DNA from: Acidobacteriota bacterium
GTDB taxonomy: Bacteria; Acidobacteriota; Thermoanaerobaculia; Multivoradales; UBA5704
Reading direction: 5' to 3'
Assembly (NCBI GenBank): GCA_040005235.1
Contig: JBDTZG010000002.1
Location: 128,001 to 192,000 of the forward strand
DNA: 64,000 nucleotides
In this document: piece by piece, positions 8,794 through 17,418 of the stretch
Layout of the letters: each line of letters begins with the position of its first letter
Position numbering within the stretch: the stretch's first letter is position 1
Made by a program: the position numbers and the translations under genes
The notes under the pieces: generated by a model
What the model saw: only the letters and a program-made list of their open reading frames with translations
Databases searched by the model: none
What the model was told of the DNA's origin: nothing

Positions 8794-10345
8794 GGCGGCT
8801 CTGGTCCTCCTCGGTCTGCTTGCCGCGGCTCCGCTCGCCGCGCGGGAGGGGATCGTCGTCGGCTCGAAGAACTTCGAAGAGAGCCGCCTTCTCGGTGAAG
8901 TATTCGCCCAGCTGATCGAGGCGCGGACGGGGCTCCCCGTCGAGCGGCGGTTGGGGCTCGCCGGCACCCAGATCTGCTTCGAAGCGTTGCGGTCGGGGGC
9001 GATCGACGTCTATCCGGAGTACACCGGCACCGGCCTGGTCTCGATCCTCGGCGAAGCCTCGACCGGTTCGAACGGGGGGCGGGCGGCGGCTCTCGTTCGG
9101 GTGCGCCAAGAGTTTCTGCGGCGCTTCGATCTCTGGTGGCTCGCGCCGCTCGGCTTTGAGAACTCGTTCGAGATCGCCGTGCCGCGCGAGCTCGCCGAGC
9201 GCGAGCACCTGCGGACCCTGTCGGATCTCGCGCGGATCGCGCCGCGCCTTCACGTCGGGTTCGGTCAGGAATTCGTCGGCCGGGTGGATGGGCTTCCGGG
9301 GCTTGAAAAGACCTACGGCCTGCACTTTGGAGCGGTCCGGTCGCTCGAACATGGGATCAAATACCAGGCCGCGGGGGCGCGCGAAATCGACGCGCTCGAC
9401 GTCTACACGACCGACGCCCGGCTGATCGAGCACCGCCTGGTCGTGCTCGACGACGATCGAAACTTCTTTCCGCCCTACGAGGCGGTGGCGCTGGTTCGCG
9501 GCGCGACCTTAAGAAAACATCCGGAGGTCGGATCGGCGCTCGGCCTGCTCGCCGGGGCGTTCGACGAGGAGCGCATGCGGGCGCTCAATTTCCGGTTGGA
9601 GCATGGCGAAAGCGAAGAGATCGTCGCGCGGGACGTGTTGGCGAATCTCGGGCTCGTAGAACCCAAAGCCGGCGCGAAGCCCGAGCCTCAGGCGGAAGGG
9701 AAAGCCCCCGAGCGCGCGGGGTTCTTCGCCTATCTCTGGCAGGAGCGCCGGGCGCTGCTGCGGCGGACGCTCGAACATCTCGGCCTTTCCGGGCTGGCGC
9801 TGCTGCTCGGCGTTTTGGTCGCCGTGCCGTTCGGACTGCTGCTCGAACGCCGCCGCCGCTTCGCGGAACCGGCGATCCGGCTGCTTGGGATCACTCAGAC
9901 CGTGCCGTCGCTCGCTCTGCTGGCGTTCATGCTGCCGCTGCTCGGCATCGGCGCCCGGCCGGCGATCGTGGCGCTCTGGATCTACGCGCTTTTCCCGATC
10001 GTCCGCAATACCTATTCCGGAGTGCGCGACGCCGACCCGAAAGCGGTCGAAGCGGCCCTCGCTCTCGGCATGACCGAGGGGCAGGTGCTGCGCCAGGTGC
10101 GGCTGCCGCTCGCCCTGCCAATCGTCCTCGCGGGAATCCGCACCGCGGCGGTGCTCACGGTGGGAACCGCGACGCTCGCCGCCTTCGTCGGCGCCGGGGG
10201 GCTGGGCGAGCCGATCGTCACCGGCCTTCAGCTCGCCGACAACCGCCGCATCCTTTCCGGAGCGCTCCCCGCCGCCCTCCTCGCCATCGCGGTCGACGCC
10301 CTCCTCGGTGCGCTCGAACGGGCGCTTCGGCCGCGGGGTTTGTGA
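8786..10345 (+). CDS. Osmoprotectant ABC transporter, fused substrate-binding protein and permease
   Basis: VGSKNFEES, IDVYPEYTGT, FFPPYEA (OpuAC-type) plus QTVPSLAL and EAALALGMT permease loop. Confidence 0.9.
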   Translation: MSRAALVLLGLLAAAPLAAREGIVVGSKNFEESRLLGEVFAQLIEARTGLPVERRLGLAGTQICFEALRSGAIDVYPEYTGTGLVSILGEASTGSNGGRAAALVRVRQEFLRRFDLWWLAPLGFENSFEIAVPRELAEREHLRTLSDLARIAPRLHVGFGQEFVGRVDGLPGLEKTYGLHFGAVRSLEHGIKYQAAGAREIDALDVYTTDARLIEHRLVVLDDDRNFFPPYEAVALVRGATLRKHPEVGSALGLLAGAFDEERMRALNFRLEHGESEEIVARDVLANLGLVEPKAGAKPEPQAEGKAPERAGFFAYLWQERRALLRRTLEHLGLSGLALLLGVLVAVPFGLLLERRRRFAEPAIRLLGITQTVPSLALLAFMLPLLGIGARPAIVALWIYALFPIVRNTYSGVRDADPKAVEAALALGMTEGQVLRQVRLPLALPIVLAGIRTAAVLTVGTATLAAFVGAGGLGEPIVTGLQLADNRRILSGALPAALLAIAVDALLGALERALRPRGL

Positions 10346-10372
10346 GGGCGAGAGGGCGGGTCCGGCCGGTCG

Positions 10373-11278
10373 TTAAATCTCTACGGGCCGCCAGCGTCCG
10401 ATCCGATCCCTCAAGCGCTTGAAGCCGAGCCGCTCGAACAGCGGATCGACCAGGGCGGGATCGGCGCCATGGAACGCGAGATGGCGGTCGAAATCGAACG
10501 GTTCGGCGAGCGGCGCGTTGGTGGCGACCTTGGCCAGGGTTTTCGACAGGAACGCGAGGTCGCGGCCTGCTTCGAGCTTCGCGGCGAGCGTTCGGGCGCC
10601 GCGCAGGTCCGTGCGCAGGGCCAGCTCGTCGAGCTTGGCGTACAGGCCCTCGACGTGCGGGTAGCGCAGCAGCAGCTCCGCCGCGCCTTTCTTCCCGATG
10701 CCCGGCACGCCGGGGATGTTGTCCACCGCATCGCCCGCGAGCGCCAATAGGTCGACGATCTGCCCGGGCGGCACGCCGAATTTCGCTTGCACCTCTGCGG
10801 GGCCGAAGCGCTCGCCTTTGCCGAAGTCGTAGAACGAGACGTCGGGACCCACCAGCTGGGCGAGATCCTTGTCCGAGCTGACGACCACCACCCGGCATCC
10901 ATCGCTCGGCTTGCAGCGAGCAAGCAGCGTAGCGATCAGGTCGTCCGCCTCGTAGCGGTCGTCGATGAACGTCGCGCCGCCGAGCGCGCGGGCCGCCTCC
11001 TCGCAGGCGAGGAGCTGGCTTTCGAGCTCCGGCGGCGGCAGCGGACGCTGCGCCTTATAGGGCGGATAGATCTCGTTGCGAAAGCTGGTCGACAAACTGC
11101 GATCGAAGCAGACCGCGAGGTGGCTCGGCTTCTCGTCGGCGATCAGCTTGAGCAGGAACGAGATGAAACCGTGGACCGCCTGCGCCGGTTTTCCGTCGCG
11201 GTCGCGAATCGAGTCGGGAAGCGAGAAATACGCACGGAAGATGTAGGGCGAGGCGTCGATCAGATAGGTTGCGGACAT
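10373..11278 (-). CDS. Stand-alone 5'-3' exonuclease (flap endonuclease, PolI N-domain/Xni-like)
   Basis: LIDAS..FRAYF, FRNEIYPPYKAQR, YEADDLIA, SSDKDLAQL, LAGDAVDNIPGVPGIGKK. Confidence 0.92.
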   Translation of the reverse strand: MSATYLIDASPYIFRAYFSLPDSIRDRDGKPAQAVHGFISFLLKLIADEKPSHLAVCFDRSLSTSFRNEIYPPYKAQRPLPPPELESQLLACEEAARALGGATFIDDRYEADDLIATLLARCKPSDGCRVVVVSSDKDLAQLVGPDVSFYDFGKGERFGPAEVQAKFGVPPGQIVDLLALAGDAVDNIPGVPGIGKKGAAELLLRYPHVEGLYAKLDELALRTDLRGARTLAAKLEAGRDLAFLSKTLAKVATNAPLAEPFDFDRHLAFHGADPALVDPLFERLGFKRLRDRIGRWRPVEI

Positions 11279-11418
11279 GGCAGTTCCGAAAAGGGCGGCA
11301 AGTCTAGTCGGTTTCGCCCGGATCGGGGTCCACGGTGTCAGAATTGGCGCACCGAAGTCGAAAGCCGATTCGTGCGGCCGTTCGAGCGCGACGGCGTTCG
11401 GTCGAAGTGGAGCCCGAG

Positions 11419-13890
11419 ATGAGCGAGGCGAGTGCGCCCGTTGGATTCGGCGCTGATCGAAGGACCGAAAGGGGGACCGGAACGGCCCCTCGGGGAGCGC
11501 TCTGCCCGGGCGACCGCCTCGCCGGGCGTTTTCAGGTGATCGGTCTGCTCGGCACGGGGGCCACCGGCGAGGTCTACGAGGCGGAGGATGCGGAGCTGGG
11601 CGAGCGGGTGGCGCTCAAGCTCCTGCGGCCCGATCTCGCCGCCGACGAGGGGCTGCTGCTCCGATTCAAGCGCGAAATCCATCTGGCGCGGCAGGTGACC
11701 CACCCGAACGTCTGCCGGCTCTACGACCTGGTGCTCGCCGAGCCGCCTCGCGGCCGCCGGGAGGGAGATCCCGCGAAGCTCGTGCTGGTTTCGATGGAGC
11801 GTCTGGCGGGGGAGACGCTCGCCGAGCGGCTGGAACGCACCGGGCCGATGGCGTCGGCGGAAGCCTTGGAGATCGTGCGCCAGACCGCCGCGGGGCTGGA
11901 CGCCGCACACCGGGCGCACGTGGTGCATCGCGACTTCAAATCGGCCAACGTGATGCTGGTGACGGAAGCGGGGAACCTCCGCGCCGTGGTCACCGATTTC
12001 GGCCTCGCCCGGGCGGACCCGGCCGGCGAGCCCGGCGGTTCCGGCGATCCCCGGGGGGGTGCCGAGGCGACCACCCTCACCCAGATGGGCAGCATCCTCG
12101 GCTCGCCGGCCTACATGGCACCCGAGCAGGTGCGGGGCGAGGTGGCGACCGCGGCGTCCGACCTCTATGCCTTCGGCGTCGTGCTCTACGAAATGACGAC
12201 CGGCCACCTGCCGTTCGAAGGAGGCGGCGCGTTTCAGACGGCGCTCCGCCGACTGCACGAAGAGCCGAAGCCTCCCTCTGCCTGGCGCCCGGATCTCGAT
12301 CCGCGCTGGGAGCGGGCGATCCTCGCCTGCATCGCCCGGGAGCCCGGCGACCGGCCGGTGAGCGCCGCGGCGGTCGTCCGCTCGCTCGAAGGGGAAGAAC
12401 GCCTCCCGGATCGAAGCCGAACCGGGGCTTTGAGGCGCGTCCCGCGGCGCTTCGGCGGGCGGCGCGCCGGACTCTTTGGGGCGCTGGGAGTCTTAGGGTT
12501 GGGGGTCGTCGTCGGCTGGCTCGCCCTGCGCTCCTCTCCTTCGGTGAAGGCGGCCTCGGCCGCCCCGCTATTGGCCGAGGGGATCGCCGACCTCAAGCGC
12601 CTCGACGCGCCGGCCGCGCGTCGGGTCTTGGAACGCGCCGAGCAGATCGATCCGCAAAACCCGCGCATCCCTTGGGCTCTCGCCTCGGCGCATTGGCTGC
12701 TTGGGCACGAGCGCGAGGCGCGCGAGGCGGCGCGCCGGGCGTTCGAGATGTCGTCCGATCTGGCCGATCCCGATCGCTGGGAGATCGAGGCGCGCTATCG
12801 GGGTCTCAACCAAGAAGAGGGGGTCGAGATCGCGCTTTGCCAACGGCTCTACCGGGCCTTTCCCGGCAACCTCGAATACGGGCTCGGCCTGGCCAACGCC
12901 CAGGTCGCCGGGGAGCAGACGGAAGGGGCCGTTGGCACCTTGACGAGCCTCCGCCGGCTGCCGGCCCCGGCGGGTGACGACCCGAGGATCGAAATCCTCG
13001 CAGCCAAGGCGGCGAGCGCCACCGGAGATCTGGAGGGCCAGCTCGCCGCGGCGACCCTGGCCGCGAAGCGCGGGCAGGCGAAGGGCGGCGCCCCGTTGCT
13101 CGTGGCGCGCGCCCGGTTCTTCGAGGCGAATGCGCTACGCATGCTTGGCCGGCTCGGCCCGGCGCTCGCCGCCGCCGAAGCCTCGCGAGCCGAATACGCC
13201 GCGGGTGCCAATCCGGCCGGCGAGGCCCTTGCCTGGAAGGAGATCGGCGCGTTGCGCACGACGGGCGGCGACCTGCCCGGCGCGCTTGCGGCGTTCGATC
13301 GGACGGTGGATCTCGCGAGCAAGGCCGGCTGGCAGGCGGGCGTCTCCTATGGTTTGAACGGTCGCGGGATCCTGCTGCGGAGACAAGGCCGGTTCGCCGA
13401 GGCGGTCGAGACGTTCGAGCAGCTTCTGGAGCTGCAGCACGAGACGTTCGACGTGCGCGGCGAGGCGGCGTCGCTCAACAACCAGGCGACGTCCCTTCTG
13501 GAGCTCGGCCGCCTGGACGAGGCGGAAACCGTGCTCGACCGCGCGCATCGACTCTTCCTGCAGCTGGGGGATCGAAGCGGGGAGGCGACCGTGATCCTCG
13601 GCCGTTGCGGCCTCCTCGACCGACGGGACCGCCTCGTGGCAGCGGGCCAGGCCTGCGGCTCGGCACGCAAGCTTTTCGCGGAGATCGGCGACGAAGGGGG
13701 GATGATTGAAGCCGATCTCGCGCTTGCGCGCCTCGACCGTCGGGCCGGGCGGTTCGCTGCCGCGCGGGCAGGGCTCGCCGACGGGGCGCGCCGCGCGAAG
13801 GCTCTGGGCGATGCGGACCTACAACAGATCGGCCGGCGGGAGCTTGCCGAGCTGGCGCGCGACCAGCTCAAGCGCGGGCGCCGCCCTTGA
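11419..13890 (+). CDS. Hanks-type Ser/Thr protein kinase with TM segment and TPR repeats
   Basis: LGTGATGEVY, VALKLL, HRDFKSANV, DFGLA, GSPAYMAPEQ, then a hydrophobic segment and TPRs (GEAASLNN). Confidence 0.92.
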   Translation: MSEASAPVGFGADRRTERGTGTAPRGALCPGDRLAGRFQVIGLLGTGATGEVYEAEDAELGERVALKLLRPDLAADEGLLLRFKREIHLARQVTHPNVCRLYDLVLAEPPRGRREGDPAKLVLVSMERLAGETLAERLERTGPMASAEALEIVRQTAAGLDAAHRAHVVHRDFKSANVMLVTEAGNLRAVVTDFGLARADPAGEPGGSGDPRGGAEATTLTQMGSILGSPAYMAPEQVRGEVATAASDLYAFGVVLYEMTTGHLPFEGGGAFQTALRRLHEEPKPPSAWRPDLDPRWERAILACIAREPGDRPVSAAAVVRSLEGEERLPDRSRTGALRRVPRRFGGRRAGLFGALGVLGLGVVVGWLALRSSPSVKAASAAPLLAEGIADLKRLDAPAARRVLERAEQIDPQNPRIPWALASAHWLLGHEREAREAARRAFEMSSDLADPDRWEIEARYRGLNQEEGVEIALCQRLYRAFPGNLEYGLGLANAQVAGEQTEGAVGTLTSLRRLPAPAGDDPRIEILAAKAASATGDLEGQLAAATLAAKRGQAKGGAPLLVARARFFEANALRMLGRLGPALAAAEASRAEYAAGANPAGEALAWKEIGALRTTGGDLPGALAAFDRTVDLASKAGWQAGVSYGLNGRGILLRRQGRFAEAVETFEQLLELQHETFDVRGEAASLNNQATSLLELGRLDEAETVLDRAHRLFLQLGDRSGEATVILGRCGLLDRRDRLVAAGQACGSARKLFAEIGDEGGMIEADLALARLDRRAGRFAAARAGLADGARRAKALGDADLQQIGRRELAELARDQLKRGRRP

Positions 13891-15379
13891 AACCCCCCGG
13901 CTCGATGCCGTAGCGGGCCATCTTGGCGTAGAAATTCTTATAGTCGAGCCCCGAGGCTCGCGCCGCTTCGCTGATGTTGCCTTTCGCGGTCGTGAGCGAA
14001 GTTTCGATCCAAGCCCTTTCGAACCGCTCGATCACCCGCTGTTTCGCGGCGCGGAAGCTCGATCCGGCCTCTCCGCCGGAGTCGCTCTGCGCGGCGGCGC
14101 GCATCGCCTCCGGCAGATCCTCGACGCCGATCTCCTGACTACGGGAGATCAGCACCGCCCGTTCGATCGCGTTGTGCAGCTCGCGGATGTTGCCCGGGTA
14201 GCCATGGGCGAGGAGCAGCCGCTCGGCGCGCGGCGAGAAGCGGCGATCCCGGCCGTGCTTCTCGTTCGAGCGGTCGAGGAAGGTGCGGGCGAGCAGCGGC
14301 AGATCCGCCGGCCGTTCGCGTAGCGGCGGCATCTCGATCTCGACCACGTTCAGCCGATAGAGAAGATCCTCGCGGAACTTGCCTTCGCGCACCAGGGCAC
14401 CGAGATCGCGGTGGGTCGCCGCCACCACCCGCGCGTCGGTTCGCTTTACGGTGGTCGAGCCGACCCGCGCCAGCTCGCGATTTTCGAGCACCCGGAGGAG
14501 TTTCACCTGAAGGCTCGGGGGCATCTCGCCCGCCTCGTCGAGCAGGATCGTGCCGCCTTGCGCGCGCTCGAACCAGCCGGCACGATCCGCGACCGCACCG
14601 GTAAACGCACCGCGCACGTGGCCGAACAGCTCGGAATCGAGCAGCGCCTCGGGCAGCGCGCCGCAATTGATCGCGACGAACGGCCGTTCGCGCCGCCGGC
14701 TGCCGAAATGAAGCGCGCGGGCGATCAGCTCTTTGCCCGTGCCGCTCTCGCCTTCGATCAACACCGGCACGTCCGAGTCGGCCACCTGCGCCACCCGTTC
14801 GAGCACCGCGAGCAACTTCGGATCGTGGCCGAGGATCGCGTCGAACCGCTGCTCGGCGCGCAGCTTCCTTCCCAGCTCTTCGATGCCCGCGGCGAGTCGG
14901 CGGCGCTCGATCGCGTTGGCCGCCGCGAGCGAAATCAAATCGGCGAAGCTCTCGACCAGCCTCGCGGTCTCCGGGGTGAACACGCCGGTCGCCTTCCGGT
15001 TGTCGAGATAGATCAGCCCCAGCCGCTCGTCCTGCCGGCGGATCGGCAGGCAGATGACCGAGAGAATGCGGAGCCGCAGGACGCTCTGCCGCTCGCCGAC
15101 GCTCGGATCCTCAAGCACGTTCGGGCTCCAGAAGCCGACGCCCTCGGCGCGCACCTTGTCGAGCACGGTGCGCGAGACCTCGAACTCCGGCCGCTCGATG
15201 TCCTGCCGGTCCAGATGGCGCGCCGCTTCGAAGCGCGGGCCGCCTTCCTCTTCGAGCACGATCATGCCGCGCTCGGCGCCGCACAGCTCGATCAACCCGT
15301 CGAGCGCGCGAGAGAGCACCGAATCCAGGTCCCGCTCGGCGAGCACCAGCTTGCCGATTTCGAGCAGCCGTTCGAGCAT
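13868..15379 (-). CDS. Sigma54-dependent enhancer-binding protein (GAF-AAA+-Fis HTH)
   Basis: N-terminal [45 protein letters not shown]. Confidence 0.95.
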   Translation of the reverse strand: MLERLLEIGKLVLAERDLDSVLSRALDGLIELCGAERGMIVLEEEGGPRFEAARHLDRQDIERPEFEVSRTVLDKVRAEGVGFWSPNVLEDPSVGERQSVLRLRILSVICLPIRRQDERLGLIYLDNRKATGVFTPETARLVESFADLISLAAANAIERRRLAAGIEELGRKLRAEQRFDAILGHDPKLLAVLERVAQVADSDVPVLIEGESGTGKELIARALHFGSRRRERPFVAINCGALPEALLDSELFGHVRGAFTGAVADRAGWFERAQGGTILLDEAGEMPPSLQVKLLRVLENRELARVGSTTVKRTDARVVAATHRDLGALVREGKFREDLLYRLNVVEIEMPPLRERPADLPLLARTFLDRSNEKHGRDRRFSPRAERLLLAHGYPGNIRELHNAIERAVLISRSQEIGVEDLPEAMRAAAQSDSGGEAGSSFRAAKQRVIERFERAWIETSLTTAKGNISEAARASGLDYKNFYAKMARYGIEPGGFKGGARA

Positions 15380-15420
15380 TTTCGGTTCATCCTCAGGATC
15401 GCTTCAGGATACCTCGGAAC

Positions 15421-15460
15421 TTAGGGTGAAAACACCCGAACTATGGCGATTCCACCCTAA
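15421..15460. promoter_or_regulatory. Candidate upstream activator site (inverted repeats)
   Basis: ttagggtg (15421-28) and caccctaa (15453-60) are inverted repeats; gggtg-aaaa-caccc palindrome at 15424-37; about 90-125 bp upstream of a sigma54 motif. Confidence 0.45.
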
Positions 15461-15546
15461 AGAGACGCTTCGGTTCGATCGTAGGTGCACCGCGCAAACC
15501 TCTGATTGCAATGCATGAAGCTCCTGGCGCCGCAGGGCGGTCGCCC

Positions 15547-15562
15547 TGGCCTCGGCCTTGCG
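15547..15562 (+). promoter_or_regulatory. Sigma54 -24/-12 promoter
   Basis: TGGC-ctcggcc-TTGCg matches TGGC-N7-TTGC exactly; lies 100 bp upstream of ATG 15664 and divergent from the EBP gene. Confidence 0.72.
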
Positions 15563-15663
15563 ATCTCTCTCTGGCAGAACCGGCGGAACATCTGGAGCGC
15601 GACCGAGATCCTCTCAGCCGCGACTCCCGAGATGCTCCGCCTCGACCGGAAAAGGAACTTGCC

Positions 15664-16395
15664 ATGAAGCGCTCTCGCCTTCTCGTCCCCGCACTCCTCC
15701 TCGCCGTTTTTGCGAGCGGCGCCACCGCGTTTGCCCAGTGCCCCAATCCCGGCGGTTTCTACGTCATCGATTTGAAGACCTGCGCGGTCGGTCAGACCGG
15801 CGGCTTTACCGGCGTGACGTTTCAGCCCGGCGGCGCCTGCGCCGCGGTGGCGGTTCCGGCCAGTTGCCCCGCTTCTCCCGGATGGAAATCGGCGGCGCTT
15901 AAGATCGCCCTCCCTACCGGCTGCACCCAGGCGAACGTGACGATTGAATACGAAGGGACCCCCTGCGGCTGGACCGCCGATCTGGGCGACTCTTCGACGA
16001 ACGACGGTTTCGGCGGGGGTGCCGGGGGCTCGACGCTGTCGTGCGCCGAGGCGCAGATTCTGAGCAATCCGCCGGCGGCCGGCGTCGCCAATCCCCTGGC
16101 GACTTTGGGCGTCTACACGAGCTGCCAGGCCGCCGTGGTCGACAACCTGGCCAGCGCGAGCCTGGCGCTCACTAACGGCGCGATCAAATTCACGGTCAAG
16201 AATCAGTTCCTGAGCTGGGGCCAGCCGGCCACCCTCCTCCAGACGCCGAACACCAAGCGGCTGTTCCAGCTCCCCGACACGCTCGGACCCGGGGCGGACG
16301 GCTCAACCCTCTACCTCGGCCTGAACCGCGTGATCTCCGGGCCGGCCGGCCGCGTTGGCTACGGCGCTCGGCGGGCGATCATCAGCTTCCAGTAA
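15664..16395 (+). CDS. Secreted Cys-containing beta-rich hypothetical protein
   Basis: AAGGA RBS, signal peptide MKRSRLLVPALLLAVFASGATAFA, 8 Cys, followed by a terminator. Confidence 0.78.
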   Translation: MKRSRLLVPALLLAVFASGATAFAQCPNPGGFYVIDLKTCAVGQTGGFTGVTFQPGGACAAVAVPASCPASPGWKSAALKIALPTGCTQANVTIEYEGTPCGWTADLGDSSTNDGFGGGAGGSTLSCAEAQILSNPPAAGVANPLATLGVYTSCQAAVVDNLASASLALTNGAIKFTVKNQFLSWGQPATLLQTPNTKRLFQLPDTLGPGADGSTLYLGLNRVISGPAGRVGYGARRAIISFQ

Positions 16396-16435
16396 AAGTT
16401 GTTCCAGTGCGCCGCTTCGTGCGGCGATCTGGAGA

Positions 16436-16480
16436 CCCGGCGGGCCCGTCACCTCCGAGGTGGCCCGCCGGGCCTTTTTT
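16436..16480 (+). terminator. Rho-independent terminator
   Basis: cccggcgggcc...ggcccgccggg stem followed by TTTTTT. Confidence 0.85.
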
Positions 16481-16537
16481 CGGTCCGTTGTGTCAATTGC
16501 GCCAAACTCATGTCTATGAGATTTGAAAGGAGATACC

Positions 16538-17407
16538 GTGAGACTCAAAGTTTTCGTGTTCGTCCTTTTCATCGGCTGCATCTCGGCATCGGCCCAGCGC
16601 TTTCCAGGAGGACAGCCTGGTTCAGTTCCGGCGAATCGCAGGTATCCTCATGTTTGCTTCAATTCACTCGAATGCGCCGCGCCCCCGGTGGGACTCGCCG
16701 TGTGGTACCGCTTTGAGTCCAATAACAATAACGATGACGATAACGCTCGGAATTATCGGCCATCCATCGGATACGGCGTTGGGGCTCTCAGGCACGGCCC
16801 GGGAGTCGTTGGCCAGGGGATTGAACTCAACGGTGTCGGCTCATACGTCTATGTTTTCGGAACGCCGGCTTTTCCACCCCCTTCGTTTGGAGACCCGCTA
16901 TGGTTACCGGAGATTGGCTTCTTCGACGAAGAATTTAGCGTGGCGGTTTGGTTCAAGACCTCGAACAAGGACTTTCAGGTCGCTCCGATTTTGGAACAGA
17001 GATCCGAGTCGCCGGCGGGATATTTACTCGTTCTCAACGGAGGTCGGCCTGCATTTCAGTTGGCCGCGCCTGTTCGGTTTCCCGGGGATTTGGGGCACTC
17101 GAGCTGGATCACCACCACTCCCGACCTGCGGGACGGCGAGTGGCACCATGTCGTGGTGTCCGTCGACCGAACCTCATCCACGGGTGGGCTGTTTTATGTT
17201 GACGGCGCTCTTGCTCTGACTTTCGATCCAACACCGTACGAGGGTAGGCACCTGGAGAACTTTGCGCCGCTTTTGATTGGGCGCCACATGGATGGAAGCC
17301 TGTGGAAAGGCTCGATCGACGAAGTCATGATCATCCAAAAAGCGCTCGACGCCGCGGAAGTTCAACGTCTCTGGAACGTTCGGAATCAGCCTCTCTGCCC
17401 CTGCTGA
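16538..17407 (+). CDS. Secreted LamG-like jellyroll (concanavalin A-like) domain protein
   Basis: AGGAG RBS and GTG start, signal peptide, FSVAVWFKT, DGEWHHVVV, YVDG, LLIGR, WKGSIDEV. Confidence 0.82.
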   Translation: MRLKVFVFVLFIGCISASAQRFPGGQPGSVPANRRYPHVCFNSLECAAPPVGLAVWYRFESNNNNDDDNARNYRPSIGYGVGALRHGPGVVGQGIELNGVGSYVYVFGTPAFPPPSFGDPLWLPEIGFFDEEFSVAVWFKTSNKDFQVAPILEQRSESPAGYLLVLNGGRPAFQLAAPVRFPGDLGHSSWITTTPDLRDGEWHHVVVSVDRTSSTGGLFYVDGALALTFDPTPYEGRHLENFAPLLIGRHMDGSLWKGSIDEVMIIQKALDAAEVQRLWNVRNQPLCPC

Positions 17408-17418
17408 CCGGAGCTTTT

